From: Candidatus Saccharimonadales bacterium | Lineage (GTDB): Bacteria > Patescibacteriota > Saccharimonadia > UBA4664 > SCTI01 | Assembly: GCA_035479795.1 (NCBI GenBank) | Contig: DATIII010000003.1 | Location: forward strand, 1-55,149 | Length of the DNA stretch: 55,149 nucleotides | Direction of reading: 5' to 3' | Shown: positions 18,271 to 27,755 of the stretch, one piece after another | How positions within the stretch are numbered: the first letter of the stretch is position 1 | Layout of the letters: every line of letters begins with the position of its first letter | The notes under the pieces: generated by a model | Told to the model about the DNA's origin: nothing | The model's database searches: none | The model's input: the letters and a program-made list of their open reading frames with translations, nothing else | Made by a program: the position numbers and the translations under genes

Positions 18271-19449
18271 CTACTTCTGGAGCACCTTCAGGCCCGGGAG
18301 CTCCTGCCCCGCCATCAGCTCTAAGCTAGCTCCGCCACCGGTTGAAACCCAAGTAAATTTATCATGCAAGCCAGCCTCGTCCACAAAGGCCGCCGTATCA
18401 CCACCGCCAATGATACAATCGGCTCCAGATTCAATAATGTTTTCGGCCAGCAAGCGCGAATGATGGGCGAATTCATGTACCTCGGTGATCCCAAGTGGGC
18501 CATTCCAGATAACGGTGCCATGGAAATCGATGGGATTAAGCGCCCGCGCCACAGTTTTGGGCCCGAGATCCACTATGTAGTCAGATTTTTTAACTTCATC
18601 GATGCCAATCACCTTGCCCGGCCCCTTTTCTAGCGAATCGGCTACCACCACGTCATCGGGCAGAATGAGCTCCACACCCTTGCGCTTAGCGTCCACGATT
18701 ATCACCTTAGCCTCATCCATATAGTCTTTTTCGTACTTACTTTTACCGATCGGATGGCCCAAAGCCGCCAGAAAGGTGTTAGCCATGGCGCCACCAATGA
18801 GTAGTCGATCAACGTATTTAAGCAAGTTATCCAGCACTTCAATCTTGGTCGACACTTTGGCACCAGCGATCACGGCGAGCAACGGGTGCTTGGGATTCTG
18901 CAAAGCCCGTGAAATGTGCGCCACTTCCTTTTCTACCAAGCATCCAGCCGCACTGGGCAGATATTCGGCCACCCCGACGGTTGAGGCGTGAGCTCGGTGA
19001 ATATTGGCGAAGGCATCGTCCACATAGATGTCGGCTAGACCAGCCAGCTTCTTGGCAAATTTCGGATCGTTAGCTTCTTCTTCTTTATGAAAACGAGTGT
19101 TTTCGAGCAAAATAATTTCGCCGGGCTGCAGGGCCTTGGCTGCCGCTTCGGCCTCTGGGCCAACGCAATCCTTGATAAAACCAATCGGGCGGCCCAACAT
19201 TTGTGAGGCCTTTTTGGCAACTGGCTCTAGGCTCATTTCGGGATTGGGCTTACCTTCCGGGCGGCCCATGTGACTCATTAGCACGATGCTACAGTTTTGC
19301 TTTAAGAGATATTTAATGGTTTCAAACGAGGCTTCGATCCGCAGTGGATCGCCGACGATGCCGCTGGAAACCGGCACATTGTAGTCGACGCTGAGTAAAA
19401 CTCGTTTGTTTTTGAGATTTAAGTCTTTGAGAGTGCGTAATTTTAGCAT
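18271..19449 (-). CDS. pgk: Phosphoglycerate kinase
   Basis: DYNVP, SHMGRP, LLENTRF, DAFANIHRAHAS, WNGPLG, STGGGASLE. Confidence 0.98.
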   Translation of the reverse strand: MLKLRTLKDLNLKNKRVLLSVDYNVPVSSGIVGDPLRIEASFETIKYLLKQNCSIVLMSHMGRPEGKPNPEMSLEPVAKKASQMLGRPIGFIKDCVGPEAEAAAKALQPGEIILLENTRFHKEEEANDPKFAKKLAGLADIYVDDAFANIHRAHASTVGVAEYLPSAAGCLVEKEVAHISRALQNPKHPLLAVIAGAKVSTKIEVLDNLLKYVDRLLIGGAMANTFLAALGHPIGKSKYEKDYMDEAKVIIVDAKRKGVELILPDDVVVADSLEKGPGKVIGIDEVKKSDYIVDLGPKTVARALNPIDFHGTVIWNGPLGITEVHEFAHHSRLLAENIIESGADCIIGGGDTAAFVDEAGLHDKFTWVSTGGGASLELMAGQELPGLKVLQK

Positions 19450-19450
19450 T

Positions 19451-20854
19451 TTATACCACCTGTATATGTAATGTATCTGTGCCGCCCGTTACTCCTGGTT
19501 GCCGGCCGCTGGCACGAACCACCACATCACCAGTGGCCACGTTGTGTTCATGACGCAAGAGCTGCATGGTTTCTGCGGCTGCCGTTTGGGGATTTTTAAT
19601 CACATATGACCGGGCGCCCCACAGTAAGGCCAGCTGCTGGAAAACTCGCTGTTGATCCGTCACACCCACCACTAATTGATCTGGCCGAAAGGAACAAAGA
19701 TTGCGGGCTGTCTGGCCCGATGAGGTTTCGGCCAAAATTACCTTGGCGTTCAATTGACGAGCCAGGGTAATGGCCGCTGCCGAAATAGCATTCCGCCTGG
19801 TATGCTCGCCAAAATCGCTAGCGCTTAAAGAGTCGGCCCGATTATTCTCGGTGTAAATAATCACCCGCCGCATCAGGGCCACCGCCTCCACCGGGTGCTT
19901 GCCTATGGCCGTTTCGCCCGAAAGCATCACCGCATCCGCACCCTGAACCACCGCCGTCGCCACATCGGAAACCTCGGCCCGAGTGGGCTGAGGGCTGCTG
20001 ATCATCGACTCCAACATATGGGTGGCCACAATACAGATCTTTTGTTCGTCACGGGCCAACTCAATAATACGTTGCTGCAGTACCGGCACCGTTTCGGGCT
20101 TGGTTTCAATGGCTAGGTCGCCCCTGGCCACCATTAATCCGTCGGACACCTCGACAATTGCCTCCAAGTTCTCGGCCGCCGCCTTGGTTTCCACCTTGGC
20201 AATCACGGCCATGTCGGACTTCAGTTTTTTTAATCGATCCTTCAAGGCCACAATATCTTCAGCCGTTTGCACGAAGGACAAAGCCACATAGTCGGCGTCA
20301 TGGCTGGCCGCAAACTTGATGTCTTCAACATCCTTTGGTGTCAAAATATCGCCACCCAGATCGGTTTCTGGCAGATTGATGCCCTGTTTGGAATAAACAA
20401 TCCCCGGATTGCGGACGGTGGCATGAACCGACTTGCCGGTTACTCGAGTCACCTCAACCTCTACCAGCCCATCTCGCAAATACACCGGCTGGCCGCGCTT
20501 CACATACTGGCTAATGTCGTGCTGGATCGGAATAATTCCATCTTCGTAGGATTCGCCCTCGGCAAACTCCACCTTTTGACCGGCTATCAGCGGCAAACCC
20601 TCAGCCGGCAGGTTACCGAGCCGAATTTTTGGTCCCTGCAGATCGGCCACGATGGCAATCGGCTTAGCCAGTTTTTTAGAGATCCGCCGCACCCGATCAA
20701 TCACCTCGGCGTGTTCATCATGAGTGCCATGGGAAAAGTTTAGCCGCACCCCGTTGACTCCAGCGCGAATAATAGCTTCAAGCACCTCCTGCCCGCTTGA
20801 TGCCGGCCCGATGGTTGCCAGAATTTTGGTCTTTTTTAAACTTTGTTTAATCAA
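19451..20854 (-). CDS. pyk: Pyruvate kinase
   Basis: TKILATIGPAS, RLNFSHG, DLQGPKIR, MVARGDL, RAEVSDVA, DAVMLSGETA. Confidence 0.98.
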   Translation of the reverse strand: MIKQSLKKTKILATIGPASSGQEVLEAIIRAGVNGVRLNFSHGTHDEHAEVIDRVRRISKKLAKPIAIVADLQGPKIRLGNLPAEGLPLIAGQKVEFAEGESYEDGIIPIQHDISQYVKRGQPVYLRDGLVEVEVTRVTGKSVHATVRNPGIVYSKQGINLPETDLGGDILTPKDVEDIKFAASHDADYVALSFVQTAEDIVALKDRLKKLKSDMAVIAKVETKAAAENLEAIVEVSDGLMVARGDLAIETKPETVPVLQQRIIELARDEQKICIVATHMLESMISSPQPTRAEVSDVATAVVQGADAVMLSGETAIGKHPVEAVALMRRVIIYTENNRADSLSASDFGEHTRRNAISAAAITLARQLNAKVILAETSSGQTARNLCSFRPDQLVVGVTDQQRVFQQLALLWGARSYVIKNPQTAAAETMQLLRHEHNVATGDVVVRASGRQPGVTGGTDTLHIQVV

Positions 20855-21038
20855 TAATTTTCGCCCTACTCCTCCTTATATTCTACCCGAGCATAAGCGC
20901 AATGAGAAGGAAGACATGATTTTGTTGCTTTCTAATAGCCCATGAAAAACAGGGGTTCAGGAGCGATGGATTGCCAAGACTCATCAGAAGGCGTGGTGAC
21001 GTATGTGTATAATGGTCCACATTAAAGGATACTTAATA

Positions 21039-21140
21039 ATGTCATCACCTGAAGAAACAAAAGGGCCTGGTAACGAAGACTTTAGCGCAGCCAGAGAAAC
21101 TCAGGAGCTAGGAGTTTCGGCTGAAAAGGTAAGCTTCTAA
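21039..21140 (+). CDS. Possible 33-aa small protein (MSSPEETKGPGNEDF...)
   Basis: ORF after TG-TATAAT and AAGGA; stop directly precedes the next ATG; too short for the ORF track. Confidence 0.35.
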   Translation: MSSPEETKGPGNEDFSAARETQELGVSAEKVSF

Positions 21141-21145
21141 AGGAA

Positions 21146-21613
21146 ATGTCTGACAATCTTCAAATTACGATAGATAAGTCGGATTGGGTGCGCAGTCGAG
21201 TAGTAGAAGCTAAGAAATACTTTGATGGCGATACCAGCGCTGAAGGAGCACTCATTAAGGCGCTTCCGGCGATTGCCGAGTATATCGCAAAAGTACGAAA
21301 CGGAGAAACGCAAGATTCGCTCTTGATACAAGACGAGGTAGGCGGTAAAGCGAAAGACGAGGCCCTTGCCCCAGGGATGCGATGGTGGGATGGAGATAGC
21401 CTGCGAGCGGTACTTGGTATAAGCATCTCCCCCGGCGGAGAGAATAGCTTGCATGCAGGAGCTCACGATTTGGGCGTTGCCATGGAAGAGTACAGCTATA
21501 GCGCGCCATGGTCGCCCGGTTCCTATAGAGTGGAGCTTTCACCACCAAGTGATGATAAGAATCGCGGTACCTCGCGTAGCGGCGGCGGCGGAGCCGCAAG
21601 GGCTCGATTTTAA
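21146..21613 (+). CDS. Hypothetical protein
   Basis: 155-aa ORF with AAGGA SD; no recognised motif; converges on tRNA-Glu. Confidence 0.65.
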   Translation: MSDNLQITIDKSDWVRSRVVEAKKYFDGDTSAEGALIKALPAIAEYIAKVRNGETQDSLLIQDEVGGKAKDEALAPGMRWWDGDSLRAVLGISISPGGENSLHAGAHDLGVAMEEYSYSAPWSPGSYRVELSPPSDDKNRGTSRSGGGGAARARF

Positions 21614-21648
21614 GCGGCTATATATCTTAGCACGCTATAATTGCAAAA

Positions 21649-21723
21649 TGGTGATCCCACGGGGATTCGAACCCCGGTTGCCAGGATGAAAACCTGGTGT
21701 CCTAACCCCTAGACGATGGGACC
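21649..21723 (-). tRNA. tRNA-Glu (TTC)
   Basis: GGTCCCA/TGGGATC acceptor, CCAGG-ttTTCat-CCTGG anticodon arm, GGTTCGAATCC, encoded CCA. Confidence 0.96.
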
Positions 21724-21850
21724 ATGAGCGAGCAATATGCTCGAATGATACATTCGAAGTATATTCGAGCGATAGGTTCCATACAAAGTATGGGACCACA
21801 AATAGGATTTGTCCGAGATATGGTAGCTTAAAATGATGTTTTTCTCAAGG

Positions 21851-22423
21851 TTACTGACTTGGAACCAGTACGCTCGTTTTCTGGTGTTTGGTGACACGAG
21901 CACGCTTGGCATCATGCAGCTTCGAAATAAAAGTGTTTACATCCGGTTGCACGCGTTTATGCAGAGTGTCGGCAACTGCCCTCTGGGCCTTCAATAGGGT
22001 CGCGCGATCTTTGCGAGCCTGAATAACCGCGTCTTTTAACCGGGACTTTTCACTAGCGCAGTTCACTGGCTTAGTTTTGTACTGTGCAAAGTGCGCCTTC
22101 TCAACGTCAACCTCTCGGTAAAAGGCGGCGCGGGCGGTCGTATAATCACTTAGGTCCTTTTTGGCTTGAGTCAGATCACCATCTCGCAGCCACTGCGAAG
22201 CATATTCAACCTGTCCGCCGTAGCGGCGATGCACCGCCAGCCAACGAGATTTTTGCGTGTTCTCATACTTTTCTAGCTGGCTGCTGCGATCGTTTATCAA
22301 AGCCGCTGCCTTAATACAGTTGGTCACCGAACTGGCTTTGGCCGCCTGTATTGATCGAGGCAAGACGATGGCGACGCCTAACAGAGCCAAGGCTGCGACC
22401 GTGATTGTAACCTTCAACTTCAA
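21851..22423 (-). CDS. Hypothetical secreted, basic helical protein
   Basis: Signal-like N-terminus, helical/coiled-coil composition; ATGA-coupled to upstream gene. Confidence 0.75.
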   Translation of the reverse strand: MKLKVTITVAALALLGVAIVLPRSIQAAKASSVTNCIKAAALINDRSSQLEKYENTQKSRWLAVHRRYGGQVEYASQWLRDGDLTQAKKDLSDYTTARAAFYREVDVEKAHFAQYKTKPVNCASEKSRLKDAVIQARKDRATLLKAQRAVADTLHKRVQPDVNTFISKLHDAKRARVTKHQKTSVLVPSQ

Positions 22424-24573
22424 GGCTGCCCCTCCTTATCCAGAGCTTCTTTGACATAGTCAGCAGCGGCTCTGGGTTTAGCTGCCGGAGTAGCTGGTGG
22501 TTGAACAGTTGTACCAGAAGCCGGATCAGGCACTGGGCTGGAATTAATAATGGCGGGGGTTAGTTGCGGGATACGACGGGTCTGGCGAAAAATAACCACA
22601 GCTGCCAGTGCTAAACCAGTCAACAATGCCGTGACGCCGATAGTGGCGAGAGTTTTGGTTTTATCAATCTTCACCCCAAGCACTGCTATGGGAGAAGTGT
22701 TTTTAGCCGAGTACTTATAGGCCGCCAAAATCACCGTTTTACCATTCTTGGTCGTCTTTTTTAGTTGCGGCTTGGTCTCTTGCTTTACCTCGTTCCAGTC
22801 GTTCCCGTCGTATTGATAAAGTTTGTTGTCATCACTAAAGCCGCTTAGGTCATCGGTAGCCGAAATGTCTTCGAGGTCACTAACATCAACGTCCAGCTCA
22901 AGGTCAAAATCAAGACTATCTTCAATGTCACCTAACTTATCCTTACATACCAGTTGATAGGTCTCACTGGTAGCTGTCAGGTCTGAGCCCAGGCCGTCAT
23001 GCCCCTTATTGCCGTGTGGCAGGCTGCACGCGTAATCAGTGTTTTGATTGGCTGGCAAGGTAGCCGTTGCTGAACCATCGCTGCTTGAAACTGCTGTCGG
23101 CTGCGTCGAAGAACCCAATACATTTGCATTGAAGACTGGAGTCTTCAACTGAATTGTCACGGCACTGGAAAGATCATCAGCCGATCCTATACCTGTTACC
23201 CGATAATAATAGGTCGTGTCAAAGCTTGTATGACTGTCATCGTAAGTGGTTTCGGAGCCATCTTGGCTGAGAGTTGTCCAATTAGTGCTGTCAGTCGACC
23301 TTTCGACGATGAAACCGAAATTGTTATCTCCGGAATGCCACTGCAAATGAACTGCCCCTGAGTTATCCGTGGTGGCACCCAGATGAGAAACTGGGCTGGG
23401 CGGAGTATAGCTATCTCCGTCGTCTTCTAAATCAAGCAGGCCCAGCCCGTCAAGATCATCAAAAAATCCGGGGTCAAACCCGTCGTCAGTCGTATCAACG
23501 TCCGCTAGATCGCTAGCCGATTCTTGAGTGCCAGCAGCTGGCGAAGTATTGTTCGAGGTCGCGCTGGAACTATTCGACCCTGAACCAGCTGTACCTCCCC
23601 CGCCCGAAGCGCTTGGTCTGTTTGTTGAAGGCCCTCCTCCTCCACTCGCTACCGGTGCAACTTTGTTTAGCCAGATCTGAACCGTGGATTGTCGACCCGC
23701 TAAAACTTTGATAACATCGCCGTCTTCAACCTCGGCGCCATACAGACGGCGATAGGTGTAGCCAGCGGGAGGAACCACTGAAGCCAGTTTGTAGCGCTTC
23801 AAACCCTCAAGGCCGCTGTAGCAATTGGGGAAGGTGGCCTCGGCATCGCTGCCAGTATTGACCGAATGCGGATTGCAATTATGAGCAGCGTCGTTGATCC
23901 CAAACCCGAGGCCTTGAACCGTCGCCGCTACGCCCCCCACCTTCTTGATGCTGCCCCCGTTGTAGTCGTAGCTAATGATTTTTATACTACCGACGTCCTG
24001 ATCTCGCGGCTGAGACGGCTGAGAGCTCGTCTGCTGTTGCTGAGTCGGCTGCGATCCCGAAGTAGTTGGTAGACTGCTGCCAGAACTGCCCGGAGCATCC
24101 TTCTCTAAAATAAAGAATGCGTTGGTAATGGGATCGGTGGCAATCAGACCCACCCAGCGGACATTGACATCTTTATCCTTAGAATCGGCCATATGATAGC
24201 CGGCCGGTACGCTGCTGACCGACACATTGTAAACCCGATGATTGGAGTCGGAGTCTACTGGGCATTCGGTAAACTGAGCATTCCCGGCCGAGTTGGTAAC
24301 ATCATCGGTCCGGGGTGCTGTTTCGCAGGCCCGGTTAAGATGAATCCCAACCCCGGGAAGCCGTTTGGCTTTAAGGTCGGTCCCGACCTTTTCATAGGCT
24401 GTAACCGTCAGGCTGCCATGGCGAGTGCCAGATGCGGCGAAGGTGCTTATTACCCCGATAAGAGCGACTGTTGAAAGCACCAACCCAATAATCGTGGCAT
24501 TGCGCCCATGAAAACCGACCGGTCCTGAGAGTAATCGCGGGCTGACAGTTGACTTCAATTTAGACTTTGCCAT
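22420..24573 (-). CDS. Large surface protein with beta-rich repeats, Ser/Gly and Asp-rich linkers, a fibronectin type III domain and a C-terminal TM
   Basis: N-terminal TM; PSPVSHLGA..VHLQW..GFIVERS..TYDDSHTSFDTTYYYRVTG FN3 pattern; C-terminal hydrophobic helix. Confidence 0.8.
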   Translation of the reverse strand: MAKSKLKSTVSPRLLSGPVGFHGRNATIIGLVLSTVALIGVISTFAASGTRHGSLTVTAYEKVGTDLKAKRLPGVGIHLNRACETAPRTDDVTNSAGNAQFTECPVDSDSNHRVYNVSVSSVPAGYHMADSKDKDVNVRWVGLIATDPITNAFFILEKDAPGSSGSSLPTTSGSQPTQQQQTSSQPSQPRDQDVGSIKIISYDYNGGSIKKVGGVAATVQGLGFGINDAAHNCNPHSVNTGSDAEATFPNCYSGLEGLKRYKLASVVPPAGYTYRRLYGAEVEDGDVIKVLAGRQSTVQIWLNKVAPVASGGGGPSTNRPSASGGGGTAGSGSNSSSATSNNTSPAAGTQESASDLADVDTTDDGFDPGFFDDLDGLGLLDLEDDGDSYTPPSPVSHLGATTDNSGAVHLQWHSGDNNFGFIVERSTDSTNWTTLSQDGSETTYDDSHTSFDTTYYYRVTGIGSADDLSSAVTIQLKTPVFNANVLGSSTQPTAVSSSDGSATATLPANQNTDYACSLPHGNKGHDGLGSDLTATSETYQLVCKDKLGDIEDSLDFDLELDVDVSDLEDISATDDLSGFSDDNKLYQYDGNDWNEVKQETKPQLKKTTKNGKTVILAAYKYSAKNTSPIAVLGVKIDKTKTLATIGVTALLTGLALAAVVIFRQTRRIPQLTPAIINSSPVPDPASGTTVQPPATPAAKPRAAADYVKEALDKEGQP

Positions 24574-25114
24574 CTGCCCCTTCAATCAAATAAGCCGTGG
24601 TGTGCGCACTCTGCCACCATGCAGTCAGACAGGCGACCAAAGCTAACATGGCCGCCACCAGCTTAGACCAGCTCCCGGCGAAACCGGCCGCCGATAAGCT
24701 CAAGCTGGCTGGAACCAGCCAGACAAAAATCACCGTAGTGCTGATCAAAAACGCTGCAATATAACCAGCCTTGCGGGCCCAGCCGCCAGCGGTAACTAAC
24801 TCACCTTCCAGGGTCGGCCGCACTCGCATACCCACCACCATCCGACCTACGGCCGTAAAGGCGTAATAAGACACGGCCACCACCGACACCCAGAAGAGTG
24901 CCAACCCAGCCCAACCCAACCAGGGTCCGTGATTAATACCGGCCACTAGGGCTTTAGAAGCCCGCTGCAATTCTGACTGGCCTATACCCGCACTGCGGGT
25001 AATGAGGTCGAGTAAGGCAATTTGGTTTGAATACACAATCAACAGCACGGTGCCAAAGACGCACATGCCGACCGCCGCCAGTGAAATTCGGGATTTCTGC
25101 AAGATCTCCCACAT
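24560..25114 (-). CDS. Hypothetical membrane protein (about 4 TM)
   Basis: 184-aa hydrophobic ORF heading the three-gene unit. Confidence 0.7.
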   Translation of the reverse strand: MWEILQKSRISLAAVGMCVFGTVLLIVYSNQIALLDLITRSAGIGQSELQRASKALVAGINHGPWLGWAGLALFWVSVVAVSYYAFTAVGRMVVGMRVRPTLEGELVTAGGWARKAGYIAAFLISTTVIFVWLVPASLSLSAAGFAGSWSKLVAAMLALVACLTAWWQSAHTTAYLIEGADGKV

Positions 25115-25211
25115 GGGCTAATCTTAAAACATAAGCGGTTTCACCACAAGCTACCTTCCTGTCGCCCTGCCACCCACCTGTCAGCTCGAGCTTGTCAGAC
25201 AAAGACTCGGA

Positions 25212-25260
25212 GTCCTTAATTCTAGATCCTGTATCCTCAATCCTGTATCCTGGACTCTGA
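25212..25260 (+). repeat. Degenerate heptamer array (ATYCTRN-like) x7
   Basis: gtcctta attctag atcctgt atcctca atcctgt atcctgg actctga. Confidence 0.75.
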
Positions 25261-25261
25261 T

Positions 25262-25732
25262 ATGTTTAAACGCTTAACAACTCGCCAAGATAGCGCCGTC
25301 GACTTACTGTTTGTTTTGAGCATCTTGGGCAAAGGGATTGGCGGGGCGCTCCAGCTGATAGCCGGTTTGTTATTAATCTTTATTAACATTTCTACCCTGC
25401 ACAATTGGCTGCAGCCCTTAAATCTAGACGTCGATGTTGCCAGAGGCATTGCTGAATCCGAAAAGTGGTTTGGTGTAGCCTACCTGTTCACCCACGGTAT
25501 TATTCGAGTTGGCCTGGCGATTGCCCTGCTCCGTGAAAAACTCTGGGCCTACCCCGCCGCCATCGTGGCACTTGGTGGGTTTATTGCTTACCAGTCTTGG
25601 CTGATGCTTTCTCACCCTTCGGTTTATCTGCTAGCCTTAACCTTATTTGATCTACTGATTGTCGGGCTGACTGTCTACGAATATTTGAAGCTCCGCCAAG
25701 GTGGCCACCTGAACCTGCCTACGGTAAAATAA
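25262..25732 (+). CDS. DUF2127-like membrane protein
   Basis: KGIGGALQLIAG, YLFTHGIIRV, LWAYPAAI, LTLFDLLIVGLTVYEY. Confidence 0.8.
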   Translation: MFKRLTTRQDSAVDLLFVLSILGKGIGGALQLIAGLLLIFINISTLHNWLQPLNLDVDVARGIAESEKWFGVAYLFTHGIIRVGLAIALLREKLWAYPAAIVALGGFIAYQSWLMLSHPSVYLLALTLFDLLIVGLTVYEYLKLRQGGHLNLPTVK

Positions 25733-25737
25733 CGGCT

Positions 25738-26784
25738 GTGACTTTTAAAAATCGATGTCGGACAGCTTACGCCGGATTAACTCTGATTTTAGTTGCAGTT
25801 TTCATTGGCGGGCTTATTTTTAACATTAATTCGCTATATGCCGCTGTCTATAACGACATTTCGGAGCTGCATACCCATCATGGCAAGGCTGCCATTGACT
25901 TTCATAATCTAGCCCGCACGGTTGCCGACTTTGAGTCGGATGAGCAAGGGAATAATCTGCAAGTGGTGGACAATTCCGTGCTGGAGCGGCAAGTTGTTGA
26001 TATCCAAATCGAGCTGGCGGTTGGCAATTTGCATGCTGCCCGCCAGCATATTGCGTCACTGAGGTCGCAATTAGGAGGCTTAAAAGCCCGGTTTCACACC
26101 GAGCTGGCCAGTCGCGCCGCCGACGTGGCGCCGCCCCCCGAACCCACCACCGGCCTAAAGGTACCTATATTGATCTACCACTACACGCCACCCGACTTTG
26201 ATGCCATCCTGAACGGCCTACAGCAGCGCGGCTACACCGCCATAACCCTTGATGATCTGGCCGCCGGGCTGCGCGGCGCTCCTCTGCCGGCTAAGCCAGT
26301 GATAATTACCTTTGACGACGGCTTCTCGAATCAAATGACTGCCTTCCACCAATTGCAAGCCCATAATGTGAAAGCCACCTTCTACATTATTAATGGTGGA
26401 GAACGCAGCCACTGGTGTATCGGCGCTGCCCGTCGACCCGGCCCATGTGGCGACTCCTACCTGAGCTGGGATGAGGTCCGCGAACTAGACCGCAGCGGCT
26501 TGATTACCATTGGCGCCCACACGGTTGACCACGAGGCCCTGGCCACTGATTCCCCTGCCGACCAACAGTTTGAGATTTTTCAGGGTAAGGCCGAACTAGA
26601 AAGCCAGCTTGGGCATCCCGTGCGTCATTTTGCCTACCCTTACGGATCTTTTAACAATGTCACCATTGCCCTCGTCCGCCAGGCCGGCTTTGATACCGCA
26701 GTCACTACCCTTCCCGGTGAAGTCCATGACCTCGGCAGCCTGTATACCCTCCGCCGCGTCCGCGACGCCTACGAGCTTAAGTAG
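25738..26784 (+). CDS. Membrane-anchored polysaccharide deacetylase (CE4/NodB)
   Basis: PILIYHY, ITFDDG, GAHTVDH, FAYPYG, RRVR; N-terminal TM. Confidence 0.9.
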   Translation: MTFKNRCRTAYAGLTLILVAVFIGGLIFNINSLYAAVYNDISELHTHHGKAAIDFHNLARTVADFESDEQGNNLQVVDNSVLERQVVDIQIELAVGNLHAARQHIASLRSQLGGLKARFHTELASRAADVAPPPEPTTGLKVPILIYHYTPPDFDAILNGLQQRGYTAITLDDLAAGLRGAPLPAKPVIITFDDGFSNQMTAFHQLQAHNVKATFYIINGGERSHWCIGAARRPGPCGDSYLSWDEVRELDRSGLITIGAHTVDHEALATDSPADQQFEIFQGKAELESQLGHPVRHFAYPYGSFNNVTIALVRQAGFDTAVTTLPGEVHDLGSLYTLRRVRDAYELK

Positions 26785-27326
26785 AACTTATGAACCCCAG
26801 CCGCCATCTTTCAACCCGGCGGCCCGACAACAACCCGACAATCGAGCTCGTCGCAAGCAGGCTAGCCAATGGATACTCCGACAGCGAGGATGTCTGAGTC
26901 CGCTAGTTCAAGCGGACGAGTTCCGCAGCTGCCGGAGAAGACGTTGACTAGTGAGTGCTGCGACACCGAGCGAGTCCTTGCCGGATGACTTTTTGCCTAC
27001 TTTTTGGTCTGGAATAGCAAAAAGTAGGGCGCTAGCTGCGCTTAGCGCTAGCGGAAAGTTGGAGTCTAAGGCTCCAATAATCATTTCTTTCCCAGGCAGC
27101 CAGAGCCTGGGGTTTCTTTCACAGCTTTTGAACCAGCAAAAGCTGTCCAAAACTGGCCGCGTAGAAGTTCACAGCTTGTGCGCTCCTAATCCAAAACCAA
27201 TCTGAGCTGCGGAACTCGCTGCGCTCAAACAGTCCTCGCTCATGCAGATTAGGTTTGGATTAGTCGCTTTCAGGCTGCTCCATACGCGGGGAGAGAGGTT
27301 GCAGAATTCGAGGATGGATGACTGGT
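26785..27326. other. ~540-nt non-coding, palindrome-dense region (candidate structured RNA or MITE-like element)
   Basis: At least six hairpins, e.g. CCTACTTTTTG/CAAAAAGTAGG, CAGCTTTT/AAAAGCTG, CTAATCCAAAACCAATCTG/CAGATTAGGTTTGGATTAG; only short low-quality ORFs. Confidence 0.6.
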
Positions 27327-27755
27327 TTAGCTTTTGGCAAAAAATGAATTAATTTTTTCCAAAACCTCACGCGGAGTCATATCCGCCTTCACCATAAAGT
27401 CGACCCCAAATTCCTTGGCCTTATCACGATCCGCGTTATCCGGCGAGTTGGTTAAAACAATTATTTTTTTTAAATCAAAGCCGTCATTTTTTAAGGCTGT
27501 GATAACTTCGAAGCCCGTCAGCTCAGGCATATTTATATCCATCATGACCAAATCGGGAGCCACAGTCTTCACCAGCTCATAAGCCTCCCGTCCGTTACTG
27601 GCTAGATGAATGGCGTAACCTGCCCCTGACAATTTGGTGTCGTACATGCGCGAAATAAAAGGGTCGTCTTCAGCCAGCACGATCCGTTTCCCGTTAGGTC
27701 TTGCGGTCTCGCCGGTATCCAGCTGGGCATCGTGGGGATCACTTATGCGTGTCAT
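27327..27755 (-). CDS. Stand-alone response regulator receiver protein
   Basis: IVLAEDD, MMDINMP, VLTN, MVKA. Confidence 0.92.
   Translation of the reverse strand: MTRISDPHDAQLDTGETARPNGKRIVLAEDDPFISRMYDTKLSGAGYAIHLASNGREAYELVKTVAPDLVMMDINMPELTGFEVITALKNDGFDLKKIIVLTNSPDNADRDKAKEFGVDFMVKADMTPREVLEKINSFFAKS

Noticed and set aside
21730-21772. Inverted repeat GCTCGAAT...ATTCGAGC upstream of tRNA-Glu
   Set aside because: Single occurrence; consistent with an ordinary terminator or operator and not supportable further
26609-27205. Three short ORFs (112, 80, 84 aa) in the palindromic region
   Set aside because: Mutually overlapping, low-complexity translations of hairpins with no recognisable motifs
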